A stretch of DNA of 64,000 bases, from the NCBI GenBank assembly GCA_000320545.1, contig ADNK01000004.1, forward strand, positions 37,844 to 101,843, given 5' to 3'. Position 1 is the stretch's first letter, and each line of letters starts with the position of its first letter. A model generated the notes under the pieces. The model was not told the DNA's origin, made no database searches, and saw only the letters and a program-made list of their open reading frames with translations. Positions 25,065 to 38,810 of the stretch are shown here, piece by piece. A program made the translations under genes and the position numbers. This stretch comes from Bigelowiella natans CCMP2755 (lineage: Eukaryota > Protista > Cercozoa).

Positions 25065-26595
25065 ATGCAGGCACCCACTCTTTCTCCACAGGAAGTCAAG
25101 CAGCCTCGCCTGGCAACTTCAATGGAAATCCCAGACAAGTATTCTTGGGCTGACATCTATGTTTTTGGAATCGCCTTCATCCTGTTTCCGGGAGTGGTCG
25201 TAGTCTTTGTTCTAAACCTGGTCGTGAGCTTGATTCCCAAGTTGCTGATGGCTGTGAGAAGATCGTATCTCCAGAGACCTCAGAAGATTGTCCCTCGCTC
25301 TTATGTTTTTGACAGGTATTGACTTTCGAATCTCATATCCAGTGTGAAAATCACATGCATGACTGTATTTATACACAGTGTCCTGCTCATCTTCGCCTTG
25401 CCAATGATGATTCTAGCCTTGCTGTGGGTTCTAATAGTCCACGTTGTCAACTTCACCTTGTCGTTTCCCATTGGTGTACTGTACTGGTCAAGAACTACCC
25501 AATCATTCGAAGCATTGAGACCATTTAACGGAAGGCTAGGGGATGCAGGAGAGGTGTATACACCAACAGATAGACTTGTCGCACAGTACAGCAATGTTTG
25601 GGATTACAGGGATGTCGTTGCAAATTTTATTGGAGCCATCGATCGTCAAGGTTTTGGGGAGTTCTTTCTCGCGACCTCTTTGTTGGTATCCCTGGTCCCT
25701 GTAGTCAAGATTGTGATGATGGCCAACCCGAGACTATACAAGCTCGCTCCTATGTTCGTCAACCAATGGACGAGGCCTATTGATGCCGACAATGATAGAA
25801 AGCTTACACGGAAAGATCAAGAGAAGGTGGCTGATTCATTAAAAGAGCAGATTGTGCATCATTTGCTAGAGGAACCGAAGGTTGCATATCGTCTTCCATG
25901 TTATATACAACTTTGTTGCCCATTCAGTTCGTCCAATGGTGTTCACCGTTTCTTTGTTTCGCATTTAAACGTCCTTGAATTTAAGAAGCATGTTTAGAGA
26001 AGAGCAATTGCGTACACAGACAATGCTTTCCGATAATATATTTTGTTTGCGATATATCTACGCCTCCCGTCTGTTGATATGGCGACAAAACATAATTCTA
26101 GAGAAAAAAGGAATGATACTATTTGTAGATTATGCTTGTAAAATTTATGCTACACTCATCATATTGTACATGCACAAACCGATATCTTTTCTAATATTTC
26201 AGCGTGCGATGGTGGACGAATTTCCATTCATTGGCCACTACGCACACCCACCAGAAGGTCGTGAGTCAAAAACCATGATTGGGACTCAGTTCGATGTCGG
26301 AATGGTGTTTGTCCACACAGTGCACACTCATCTGAAGGAGGATTTTGTGCCCAGGTCAAAGGATGCCAGCATCGGTATTGTCTCTGTTTATCTCCAGGCG
26401 TGGAACCCATGGCATCATCTTACAGGATATGTCGAGATAAACGTCCGCAAAGATGGGGGGGCAGAGCATCCCATGTGGCTGATCGCAGACAAGTCATCAA
26501 AATGGCAAATGATACGCCTGGAGAGCGTGAACAAACTGTTCGTGGAGTTGGGCGATTGCTTGACCAAGTACGTCCAAAAATTCAAGTCGAAGTGA
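25065..26595 (+). CDS. Hypothetical multi-TM protein, 3 exons
   Basis: Three long ORFs joined in frame by GT-AG introns (GACAG|GTATTG..ACACAG|T; CCGAAG|GTTGCA..TTTCAG|CGT). Three hydrophobic segments, then a soluble C-terminal domain (WNPWHHLTGYVEINVRKDGGAEHPMWL). Confidence 0.75.
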
Positions 26596-27588
26596 AGGAT
26601 CTATAGATTCTTGTCCATGTCCGGAGACGGAGCAGAAGGCTAGGAGGGGGGGGGAGGAGGGAGCGATGCCATCTAAACCTCTGCTTGGATCCAAAGTTCC
26701 TGATTGGCAGCAGTAGATTTTTGGTTTGTTGAACTTTCTTCCACTCAAAGTGAACTGTTGATGTGCAGTAGCATTCCTTCTTCGGCTGCCATGATTTGAC
26801 GAAGAGTCAATGCCTTGATGCTAAATTCATCATCACCTGTCGTCATCAATTCCAAGGAACCACGCAACGGTCATGTTTTTGTAGTGGAATCTTAATTGCT
26901 CCGCACCATTTCCCTAAACTACTAGACTAGTAAAAGGTGTAGCGGCATTTGGCCAGAAGTCACAGCATTCTTTTCTCCTGAGCACTAGACGAGCGGGGTC
27001 AACTGCTGAATTGAATGACCATACGTCTAGCTAGACACAGACATCGTCAGCGCCAATAACAGCTCTATAGTCTAGAGCTATATGCACTTGACGAAATAAC
27101 GCGATCGTGCATGGCATCGCACACCATCTATGTTGCAAGCGAGGCAAGCTAGCAAGTCTAGAAGTGACACGTGTGTAGGTGGTGCACGAGCAGGTAGCAG
27201 GACCACGAACATTTTCGCACGATGTTGTGATTCTGTGATTGTCTAGCTAGCATGGCTCTAGCTAGCTAGATTTATGCGGCTGTGAGTAAGTCGAAATGAT
27301 CATGAACTTGCGCATGGGCACAGCTAGCATGAAACGCATCTACATGTGTGCATCTAGATCTAGAGATGACAGGTGCACAGGCTCACTACAACATGTCTAG
27401 CTGGGCATGCACTTGCTGTAGGCCACATGTTCTCATCACGACGACAACAAACAGACGTTCACGAAATCCAAAGTGTATTATATGTGATACTGCTGCATTG
27501 TTATACATGTAGTGATATCTACTGTGAAAACCGAAGAAAAATGCTGCCTACCACTAGACCAATTCGATTCCAAATCAATAAATCTTCA

Positions 27589-28760
27589 TCAACGGCGACG
27601 GAAAGCCAACAAATTCCTCAGAATTCTCGCCGTCGTAGCCGTGAGTCGCGTCCTGTTATATAAGTCACCGCACTGGAGGATGACGAGAAGGAAAACAGAT
27701 GAGTATAAGTTAAGAGGTGAACCGAATATGTTGCGGCATGAGCATAATGAGACCGAAGACATTATGACTGCTACGATGACGACCACGACAACGACAGTGA
27801 AGTGATAAAACGAGGGTCACTTAAAAGATGGAAATGAATACATATTATTTACTTTAGTAGAGTAATGTTCACTGGGATAAGGAAGCATTTAAGCAGACAC
27901 TGCTTCAAGTACGCATAAAGTTGGTCCGTTTGCTTTTATTTTCCCTGGCGGATGGCCTCTGCTGCCGTAGGATATGGGTGGATCACCCCCGCAAGTTTGC
28001 CTAACCCGGTGTTACTCTGGGAAGGGGGAGGGGGGGGGGGGAGGCAGCAGACAACTCAGCCAAAAGTTGGTGGATAAACACCCGTGAACACTTCTATGTA
28101 GGCCAGCACACATTTCAATATGGCTTACTCACAAAGTAGCATATTCTTAGCAGCAGCAGGAACAACCTGCATGGGGAGGGTTAGCTCACTGATCATATCG
28201 CCGGCATGGCTGCCAACGATGGTGGCTCCAAGGATCTTGTCCTTGCCCTTTGCCGTGAGAATTTTCACGTAACCCAACGTGTCGGAATCTACGATCGATC
28301 GATCATTGTCTTTGAAGTCTTTCTTGTACGTATCGAATTCAATGCCTACAGGCAAATACGGAGGGAAGAGGAGGAGGAGGAGGAGGAGGAGGAGGAGGAG
28401 GAGGAAATATCATGGCAAATGGTGTCAATTAACGATGCCTCATTGAATCTCCATCAATACCAAACACATGCTTCGGTAATGTTATTCCATGACGACAGCT
28501 AAGATAACAAAGCAAACGCCCGCCCCCCCCCTTTCAAAGAGATTCTCCTCCCACGCAAACCTCTTTTTTTCAGATCCCGCTCATACTCACCAACGTGTGC
28601 GACCTGCAGCAACAATAAAGAGGGGGGAGGATAAGATATACGGGTAGGATGCACATCAACTCGAATTGGGACTACTACTATACCACGCACAAAACCACCA
28701 GTACCACCTTACATGTATCCATACACAAAATTCTTTTGTACACTACCATTTCCCCTCCTC

Positions 28761-28791
<31 letters not shown>

Positions 28792-30129
28792 ACACGCAGA
28801 GAGAGAGTGAGAGAGATAGGAGAGACGAAAAGTACTACCTCAGGATCGGTGTAGGTCGCCCATGGAACAAGCAGGGAGCTAGCCTTTCCGGAGCCGAAGA
28901 ACAGAGCATTTCGGATGACGAGACGCGCCATGAAGTCTGCGAAGTGCGTGAATTGATACTTGCTTGCGCAGTCACCGCACGCAAATACGTTCGGATTTGT
29001 GGTTTGCAGCATGTCGTTAACCTGTTACAGCAGTAACAACAAATACAGCAAGATTTAAGGCCAGCGACGAGGTGACGTTCATATTTTTTCCAAACTACGG
29101 GGCTTTACTCAAAATAATAATATCACGTATGCGGTTCTGGATGATCGAGTCGTAGGCAACAGTCATATTAGCATCTTCGCTGACGCATATTTCCGGTACT
29201 CATTATTGCAAACTCTTTGTGATCGTCGTCTTTCACATTGTTGTTCTCGTCGTTGTGTTGCTGTTGTTGAATTGTTCTTACACCACCTTTACTCCGTCCT
29301 TAGGATCATACTTTATACCTGCCTTCTCGAGAGCGGCTGTATGAACGTTCGGTTTGCGCCCAGCCGCAACAACGATAGCGTTTACAATAAGCTCCTGAAG
29401 AAGATTGGATAGAATGATAAGGAGGAAAGATATAATGAAGAGGAGAAATACACTGTGCATGCTGAACCGATTATATAGTGCTATATCTCGGCTCATTCAT
29501 CACCATTCTGTAGCATCAGCCGTGAATGCAATCATGCCCGCTACTGATAACATTGTTGGTACTCCTCACCACCAGCGAGATTGCTACCACCGCAAACAGC
29601 ATCTTCACTATCTACCTACTTACAAGTGCTGCCTTAACTACTGCTACTACTTCTACTATTACTACTACTACTACTACCACTACTACTACCATTTCTGATG
29701 ATGCCTTTTCCAGCACAATCTTGATCGAAGGGAAAGATTTTCCTTTCTGCAAGTGAGGGGGGAAAGAGGAGGGGGGGGGGGAGCGAGGTTGTAAATGTAC
29801 TGTAAGTCTCTTCCTCACTCAATAGCAGCCTATTTTTCTTCTCCTATCTACTGCTGAGCATGTGGCACTCACTCGCTCGTCGTCTGTATTGGGACATTAT
29901 CATCATCACCATCATTATCATCATCATCATCATCATCATTTGGTGTAGATTAGTTGGTGGTGATGTCGCTGGATGTTTTGGATCATATATACGGTGGTGC
30001 TCTTCCTAGTTACTACAGATTATAATGAAACAACTGTACGGCAGCACCTTTTCGTCAACATCCTCCACGACCTCGACCTTCTTATACTTGATGCTGATGG
30101 TGGTGATGACGATAACGATAATGATTATC

Positions 30130-30161
<32 letters not shown>

Positions 30162-30304
30162 AATGATGATGCAAACTTCGTTTCAAAACAAGGAAATATC
30201 GTGAGGAAAAGAAGAAAAAGGAGCAAGTAACGAACAGTGATTCTCGGATTTGAACAAAGAACAATTCGTCACGATCTTGGCTTTCTATGAGCTACGATTA
30301 GCAA

Positions 30305-30343
<39 letters not shown>

Positions 30344-31152
30344 GATGACGACGACAACTACTTTTTGTGAAAAATGATTCCATCTTTCTCCATTGCCTTC
30401 ATTACAATCTCACGAGCCTGTAATCATCGTTTAAAGGTAAAGAAGATCGCACATACTTAATATATTAATTACATGTATGGACATACGTGAGTGGGTATGG
30501 TTTGTGTATGTAATTGCGTTTGCGTGCCTAACATGGAAATAAATGTCGGATCATTATTACATCATCTTCTTCCTTGCGTAATATGCTGTCGCCACGCAGA
30601 AACATGTGCACTTTGGCGCCGAATCGAGCGAACGCCTGCGCCAGCTCGCAACCAATGGGCCTTTGCAACCGAATTATTGTTTTTAGGGAAGAAGAAGAAG
30701 ATGATGATGATGATGATGATGACGAAGGGGAGAGAGCGGAGAGGATGGTGATTGATTGTTGCAGTTATTACACGTAAACTGGCATAGAACCCCTTAACTT
30801 TCGTTGTTTGTAGTCTCATCACCATCATCACCATCATCGCCACCATCATTATCAACAGAATTGTCGTTTTTGCGAAATGCCCTGCCATCTCCTGTCCTGT
30901 CGTGTTGTTGTTGTTGTTGTTATTGTTGCGTGTGCACCCACCCTGTACCGATGACACCAATAACCGCAGGCAGCTTTGTCAGATTAAACACCTAGTATAT
31001 CACCATCCTCATCATCACCATCATCATCATCATCACCATCATCATCACCAGTCGTCTCATCAGCGGATCAGTAAGTAATAGGAGGAGGGGAAAGCAGCTG
31101 CTGTTGCTGGATGGAACATGCATACCTTTTACCTATGCAGCTACTACCTCCC

Positions 31153-31184
<32 letters not shown>

Positions 31185-31341
31185 GATCTACCTGCAGATT
31201 TGTGTAAGTCGGTACTTTGTCAAGGCCGGGAATTGCTGGGATGTTTGGAGAGCCACCAGTGGCTACAACGGCACGAGCGAAGGTTAGGACTTTGCCATTC
31301 ACTTCAATCTGGAAGGTGATAGTAGTGGTAGTAGTAAGTAA

Positions 31342-31373
<32 letters not shown>

Positions 31374-32473
31374 CGAAGAATGAACAAATCACGCGTATTG
31401 ATGCTGATACTGAACATTAAATTTATATGTTTTGTTTTTGATAATTTGTAACAAGATGTTAGCGGCAGAATATTAAAAGAAGGGGAGGGAGATGAGGGGG
31501 GAAAGGACCTCGTTACGGCTTTTGAACCTTCCGTGTCCGAGGTACACGTCAACACCGAGAGAGGCGAAGCGCTCAGCAGAATCATGGTGCGCGATCGATG
31601 CTCGCAGCTTGCGGAGTCTGAACGGTAGAATGATAATTGGTGACGATCATAATGACGGTCTCTCTTCTTCCATTCTCTGTGTTGTTGTAGTATTGCAAGA
31701 CTTACCGCTCCATAACCGCAGGGAAATCGACCTTCACCTCGCTAGTTACTACAGCATCGAGTAGTAGTAGTAGTAGTAGTAGTAGGAGGAGGAGGAGGAG
31801 GAGGAGGGGAAGCAGGATAGGAGGGGGGGACAAATTAGATTAGATTAGATATGGCAGTTGCAAAATAATGCGAGAACAAAAGAACCACCAGGAGAGAGGG
31901 GGAGGGGAGAGGAGGGTTGAGGAAAAAATAGCTAAGGGTAGAAACACGTATGCACACACACACACGCACACAAACTTGCTATACCGATGCCATATTCCTT
32001 TGCCGTTGCTAGTTGGTGCGCTACTTTAGCCGACTTCAACAGGGCCTTTGAAGGAACGCATCTGGTATGTGTAAACATGTTAGTGATGATGATGATGATT
32101 ATGAGGGGGATAAGAGAAATAGCAAGAAGCATGTGTTATGCTGTGTTGTCGCCGTTACTTATAAAGTAGCTGCATGAAAAATATACTACCCAACGTTCAG
32201 GCAGTCGCCTCCGAGCAAGTTGGCCTCTATCAGTGCCACCTTTGCCCCCACCCCAGCAGAACCTGCAGCGCTTACTAATCCTCCGACGCCACCCCCAATA
32301 ACCACGAGGTTGTACCTTAAATATAAGCAGTATGAATACTACTACCACAACCACAACAACACTCCTCCTCCTCCTCCTCCTCCTCCTCCTCCTCCTCTTT
32401 TATCAGAGAAGTGCAGGTTAGTAGGTGAGCTGCAGGGATCAACTAGACTGGCTAATGTTATATAGTTACTCTT

Positions 32474-32511
<38 letters not shown>

Positions 32512-32603
32512 ATAATGTTTTGATTGATTGGAGTGGGAAAGGGAATAGATGATAAAATTGGATTTTTAAAATCTGCATACGTTCTACCGTGATCCATAGA
32601 TAG

Positions 32604-32641
<38 letters not shown>

Positions 32642-34790
32642 AGGGAGAGAGGGAGGGGGGGGGGGGGGAGGGGGAGAGGGAGGGTAGAGATAACCAAGAC
32701 AATATAAACACGGTTGATTTGTCGTGTAAAACATTTTTGTGATCGGCCAACACAAAACCCCAAAATAGTAGCAAAAGTAGTATCAAACAATGAATTTAAG
32801 AAGGAGGAGGAGGAAGATGCGAAGAGATATTGAAACACTGAATATTAAAATAAGGCAACCAATGGTGATTGATGATAAAGAGATGATAACCATAATTACC
32901 TTCCATCGGGCTCGGGATCTTTCCATTTGAGCGGGTGTACATTCTCGAGAAGAGTAGTGTTGTACCTGAGAAGGTAAATTCCAAAAGCAGCACAGATTGT
33001 TTAGACCAAAAGCATTGCGTTATAAAACAATACCATACTTGTCCAGAGGTGAGACTTCCAGTTGTTTCAGCTTCTCCTTGGCGGAGTTGTCGATATCTCC
33101 GTCCGCAAGAGTGCTAACTACACCTGCATAGATAGGTAAATCATCAGATGATGAGCAAGCAGCCGTTGTAGACGCAATATAACACAATTCCATGTCGAAG
33201 GCATACACAGCAGCAGCATATAGTAATGTGTGGGTGCTTTCATGTACTTGGTTGATGGTACTGGCCAGTGTGATGGCCCCAGTCCTTGCCGAGCCCCTGG
33301 AATACTTTCGTCCAAGAAGAGCTGTTTACGGAAGTAGAAGAGGAGGCGAAGAAAGGAAGGGGGGAGGGGTTGTTAGAGGGTCAGAATGAAAAAGGGGAAC
33401 AATCTTCCTTTTCTTACCCTTTTGCAGTCTTTTCGTCCAATTTAGGCTTTCCGCCGTGAAATGGAGCGTCCTAAGGCATAGAAACTCGTTGAAATGATGA
33501 TGATCTTAATGGTGATAACGATAGATGATCATGATATGATACTGATGGTTAACGATGACAACGATGATGATGATGATGACGATGATGATCACGGTGTGCA
33601 TAATCATCTTATCGCTGCAGAATGCCCTCAAGATGAGCAGAGGAAGGGAACTTCGTTCAATTGGCAACTGTTCGAATTGGCCATCCCTCCTCCTTCCCGT
33701 CGCAATGCATCGACACTTACTTCCTTGAAGTAGTAATACAGGTCCTTGTCTTCCAAACCATGCTCGCGCGTCACATGAGATATCTCATCATACTTAACTG
33801 TTGAAGGCGAAGCAGGAAAAACAAAATATTCAAATACTATCACTCGTAGTAAAACACTTCCAAAAGCTAATACGTAATAATACCGATACCAAAATGTTTC
33901 TCTAAAGCCAATGGGTAGCTATGAAGACATTGATGACGTTTTTATCTCTCAGGGGGCGAGGAAGGGTTTTAGTCGTACCTAGCTGATTTCCAAGATCGAT
34001 TGCATCCTAATAGTCCATCAAATAACATGATATGCGGTAGAAATCGAAAAAATGAAACATAGAGTTGCGTCAAGTCACTGTGATGCCAATGCTCTTATTA
34101 TCATCCCTATCATCATCATTACTACCCAAGATTACCTGAACATTCTCGGCGAAACCTTCGGCAATCAGATACTTCACGGCATCCTTCCCCAAGAAGCACT
34201 GGAGACACACACATAAGTCATACATAGAGCAAAGAGAGGTCATACTTCAGCGGAGTGATGTCAGTAAATTATATGTTCGACAATCGGAGTGGGATCCACG
34301 CCCTTCCGTAGCAGCAGGGGTACCAACCTTTTTGTACGAGTGGAGACGGTATTTTCTGTCCTTGACCTAATAATCATGGGTAGATCAACCGTTTTTGTCC
34401 GTTTTGGATGATAAAAGCTATTGTTCGTCAAAGCTGAATATTGCTGTGTGCACGCAGGAATTTTTGAAAGCGATTCGAATGTATGTGCTGAATTGGTCGT
34501 CACCTCAATCTTAGAACGCATATCAGCTGCGATGTCCGAATAGAGTTTTGGGCTTAGCTTCTCTACTGCTTCCTTATCATGATGGTTATCGCTCTGGACA
34601 TTATATCGAGAGGAACAACTAAAAGCATGTTCAATCCACTCCCAACGATCACGTGTAGGGAGGCACTCACCCATTCCTCACCCGCTAGATTTTAAAAGCA
34701 TGTACGGAGGTACTGAAAAGTACGCAGTAATGAGGCACTTCTCGCGCTCTCTTAGTACCATTGTATCTGTGACCCCAGCCTCTTGTACTT
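27589..34790 (-). CDS. Class-I pyridine nucleotide-disulfide oxidoreductase (mercuric reductase-like) with N-terminal DEP domain; more than 20 exons, start uncertain (34760-35200)
   Basis: DEP: VKDRKYRLHSYKKCFLGKDAVKYLI..DAIDLGNQLV..ISHVTREHGLEDKDLYYYF. Enzyme: NVHPLKWKDP..YNLVVIGGGVGG, GGDCLNVGCVPSKAL, ATGG, GTGPIGCELAQAF, GRKPN, FACGDC, PWATYTDPEVAHVG, IHPYPTAAE, YNRTRL. Confidence 0.92.
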
Positions 34791-35485
34791 GATTTGTGAT
34801 ATGAAGCTTCCGCGATCGGGCCACTTCAAGCAAATCATTCTGGTCAAAATATCAAAAAATACGAGAATATGCAAGCAACGACTGAATAGTCTTGTTGTCG
34901 TAGGGACAAATAGATCCAAACCTCTTTTCCGTTGCTTCTTCCGCGGCTCCCCGCCCAAGGAAGCACTGGAGATCAAATCGGCAAAGGCAGATATTTGCGC
35001 GGAAAGGCAGAAAAATGTTGGGCATTTTTACAAAGAGACAATTGTTTCCGTCCCTGCTTAAACTTCCTTGAAATCTCCTGTGTGCTTCCTTAATGATGGG
35101 TTTGACCATTCCTGCATCAGCCGTTCACGGCGGAGTTGCAGAAGTAGTTGTTGTTCATGTTGCAAGGACTCTTGCGAGAGTTCTAGAGATGTTCTTGTCC
35201 TGTCATGACAAGTACTTGTTCCGACCGGAAAATATCGTAATATTTACTCCAACTTACTTCTCAAGTGTACTCCGACAAGGGTGAATGAGTAGGAGGATGT
35301 GTTTCTGGACAAATTAGGATATAATTTTACAATGTTTTAGGGATATGGGACGTATATCTTTCCAGTCGTAATTTGAAGTGTTTCTGTCCCTATGTCTTAA
35401 TTAAGACGAAAGGCCTCCCCCCCTTCGGTTGTAGTGATCGCACCTTGCGAATGTGGTGCTTTATGGATGGGCTGTAGGTAATGGC

Positions 35486-35970
35486 ATGGCATTCATGAAT
35501 TCAGAAATTCGTGATCGCAATCACTATTGCGATGATGAGACCATAGGACGTGCAGTACTTCGCCAGCGTCTTGAATACAATTATCAACGACTGCGTCTAC
35601 TGCTACTCCTCCTGCTTTGCACGGCCCATCTCGCGTTCACTCTCTGCTTTGGCAGGTATCAGCTCGCTCTAATCAATCCTAGAAATATGGTTACTTTCCG
35701 TTTTTGCGCACACCACCAACATCTCTTTGTGGACTGTCTGATCCTGGGAGGAGGCAACTTGAAGTAGTCTTTGTTGCACGCAAACAGCCAAATCGTTAGA
35801 GCCCGGGAGAAGATGGTCGCATCTTCACCAGGCCCAGGATGGGGTTCCTGGCTAAATTTACAGGATAAGGTTGGCCAACCGCTTTCGGATGCGATCTCCC
35901 CTCCCTACATGTACGGGACAACTGTGATGGTGAGTTCGAATCACAACACACGCGCGCACACACAAATAAT

Positions 35971-36053
<83 letters not shown>

Positions 36054-36188
36054 GGGGGGGGGGGGGGGAGGGGGGGAAAAAAGCTATCCCTTTGATTCTT
36101 ATCTCGCATGGCAACAGGGCCTTAAATATTCCTTCTTTGTTTCAGGATGGTATGCAGCACCAGCACTTCACTCGTAACGGTATCATCC

Positions 36189-36226
<38 letters not shown>

Positions 36227-36989
36227 GTATGTCCTTTCTGTTTCACTCATCATGATCGACTGGTGCAAAAATAGGGGCAGGGCCTGCAATGAGCAAAGTT
36301 ATTGCTGAAATAAAAGAAGGGGAGCTACAAGGGGAGATCGGGACAGGTTTTAGCTGCTTCTGCCACATTTTTCATTTCATGCGTCTCAATAGACCAGGAA
36401 GTGCCTTAATTTTGTCAACACCTGACCTTAACGATCAGTCGAAGAAATTGACACCAGTGGTCAGCGACTCATTATCAGGATCCTCTCGAATAGGTGATGA
36501 TTGATAAACTTTTTGGGAGTAGTAGTAAGATGCAGGATTCCTTCTCTAAGGCTGCTCTCAACAACACATGAATATGATTAAGTATATCGCGATGATGACG
36601 CACGCCTCGTTATCAGGCTAGTGACTAAAAGACTATCGGAAGTGAACCTTATGCATCCTCGCGGGGTGTGCGTAATGATGCGGCTGGGCAAACACACGGG
36701 GAGATTTGGTTTGATCGAAGGCTACAATCAGGTATCACCATTCCTCATTAGCGCACCATCTCATCTATTGCATATTATTCAGCCTATCTTACACCCGTCG
36801 TGTGTATATGTGCAAGGAGGACGGATTGTACTCCATTCGCTTTGCTTCGGGGGACATTGTTCGTGAGAGGGGGGTGGCTTTTCAACTTATTCCCCGAAAT
36901 CTCGTTGCACAGCTGCACTACCCCAAAACGCGCACGTTGCTCATTTGGAAGCGATTGACCGGTACCTGTGCATCAGTAAAGGTTAGTGG

Positions 36990-37026
<37 letters not shown>

Positions 37027-37527
37027 TATCTTGATGCTGGTCATCAGCAGTGAACATACTCGTGCTCCTCTTTCGTCGTCTTCAGGCAGCATGTTGGCGG
37101 AGAGCAGGGGAAGGACTTCGATTCTTAGACACTGAAATAGTAAAGCCTGCTCTCCGAGCGAAAGCTCTTTGCTTCGATACTATGACGGTTGGTGAACCAT
37201 ACTGCTTTTTCAATTCAAACAATTGAGGAGGGGGCTTTAACTGTGTCAGGATGTTTCCTCTAAATTTGGGATTTGGTGGAAGTATACGAGCGAGCGTCTA
37301 CGCATATCCGCCGACGCTTTTCGTAATAGGTACGGTCAGGAAATTATAATGGAAATCTACATGAGAAGTCGTCTAAATTCATTGTTGCATATTAATTTTC
37401 AAGAGTGGATTTACTTGCTGACAACATGGAGAGAGGGGCAGATAGAGCAGCTCCGGTGAGTAGTATCCGTTGTAAGCAGATCTAGTACTTTTGGTGTTGT
37501 TATACTGTGCTGAATGAGACGAATTAG

Positions 37528-37567
<40 letters not shown>

Positions 37568-37742
37568 CGTATATACATATACATATATATAACATACTTA
37601 CATATATCTCCAGGTGGTGAAAGAATTTTTCTTTTGGACTGCGATGCAATGGATTATGCAAGGTGGTGGCGCTCCAGCTCGCGATTTCCTGACATTAGAA
37701 ATGCAACATCAAAATTCAGCCTCCTCGCCTCTCTTATGCTGA
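35486..37742 (+). CDS. Hypothetical multi-exon protein with N-terminal hydrophobic segment and a KOW-like motif
   Basis: LRLLLLLLLCTAHLAFTLCFG; later exons VMMRLGKHTGRFGLIEGYNQ|EDGLYSIRFASGDIV join in phase; some internal junctions and the 3' end are unresolved. Confidence 0.5.
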
Positions 37743-38810
37743 CAGGCAGACCTCCCATCGGTAAAAGATGGGTCGCGAATGCGCTCAGAAACTGGATCCT
37801 CTTCAGTATTATCCGAATGTAGGTGCAAGTTGCTTCTATCGTCATTTTATTTATAGCGATGGTAGATGGTAATGATATATGATACCAGGGCGCATTCTTC
37901 CATACCGGGGGTCCGTGAAGCAATGGGGGGCCTCGCAGCGGAAGTCCTTCGACCCCCGTGGGCTCTGGAGCGGCAAGCGTTGCCAAATATCCAGGGCCGA
38001 AATAATAGTAATGGCCAGAGAGATGCTGATCCTCGACGTGGTGGAGGGAGAAGATAGTACGTGTGTATATGTTCGTCATTAGTTAGAATTATACTCAAAA
38101 GTCACTGTATGTATCAATCTAGTAGAGCCGCATGCATATGCCAGCAACTCATATCATCTAGAAATATCATTGTGCAAGTGTGCCGTGTACATACATGAGC
38201 TGCTACATACTAGCGTGCTATGCTAACGCTACATATACGCAAGTAGCTTATAGTCGTAGCGTTGATGACGATCTAACTTGACAATGCATGCTTATGCTTA
38301 GCATGCAAGGCAGATCACAAGATTGAGCGCACCGTCGAATGGCTACACCCTCTGCATGCACATTCTAGCATTAGTAGTGTCAGCATGACCATTTCTAGAT
38401 CTATAGGCACACATCGGCTGGCAGCGACGCAGCACGCGCACGCACTGCTGTACGGACATTAGGGTTAGGACTGCGATGCACCTACTGCTAATTAATAGCA
38501 CGCTGCCTTTGTGATTACAGCACAGCGCATGCAGCTAAATGCATATGTTGGTGTAGCTTTGGTCGTAATGCAAGAGTGGCCAGTAAGGACTAGTATCACA
38601 AGTCCCCGCTAGCTCGCCCTTTTGTAAAATCTCCTTTTCAGGTACTAATAACATCTTTTACAATTTCTATTTTACCATTTTGTTTTTTCAGCTACCAACC
38701 CATACATAGCACTGAGATGATATATGTCGAGTGGTATCCCTCTAAGAGCTCATTTGTACACCGAAGCTGCAGCGGTACTTTAGGTTTCATGATAATGCCG
38801 CCAGTACCCA

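Noticed and set aside
31745-31985. Missing micro-exon in the reductase gene
   Set aside because: Resolved by the upstream acceptor CTGTAG, giving GIVTSEVKVDF in frame.
29400-33750. ORFs with poly-H, poly-Y, poly-M or CVCV tracts
   Set aside because: Translations of intronic microsatellites.
38459-38470. TTAGGGTTAGG telomere-like sequence
   Set aside because: Under two units; expected by chance.
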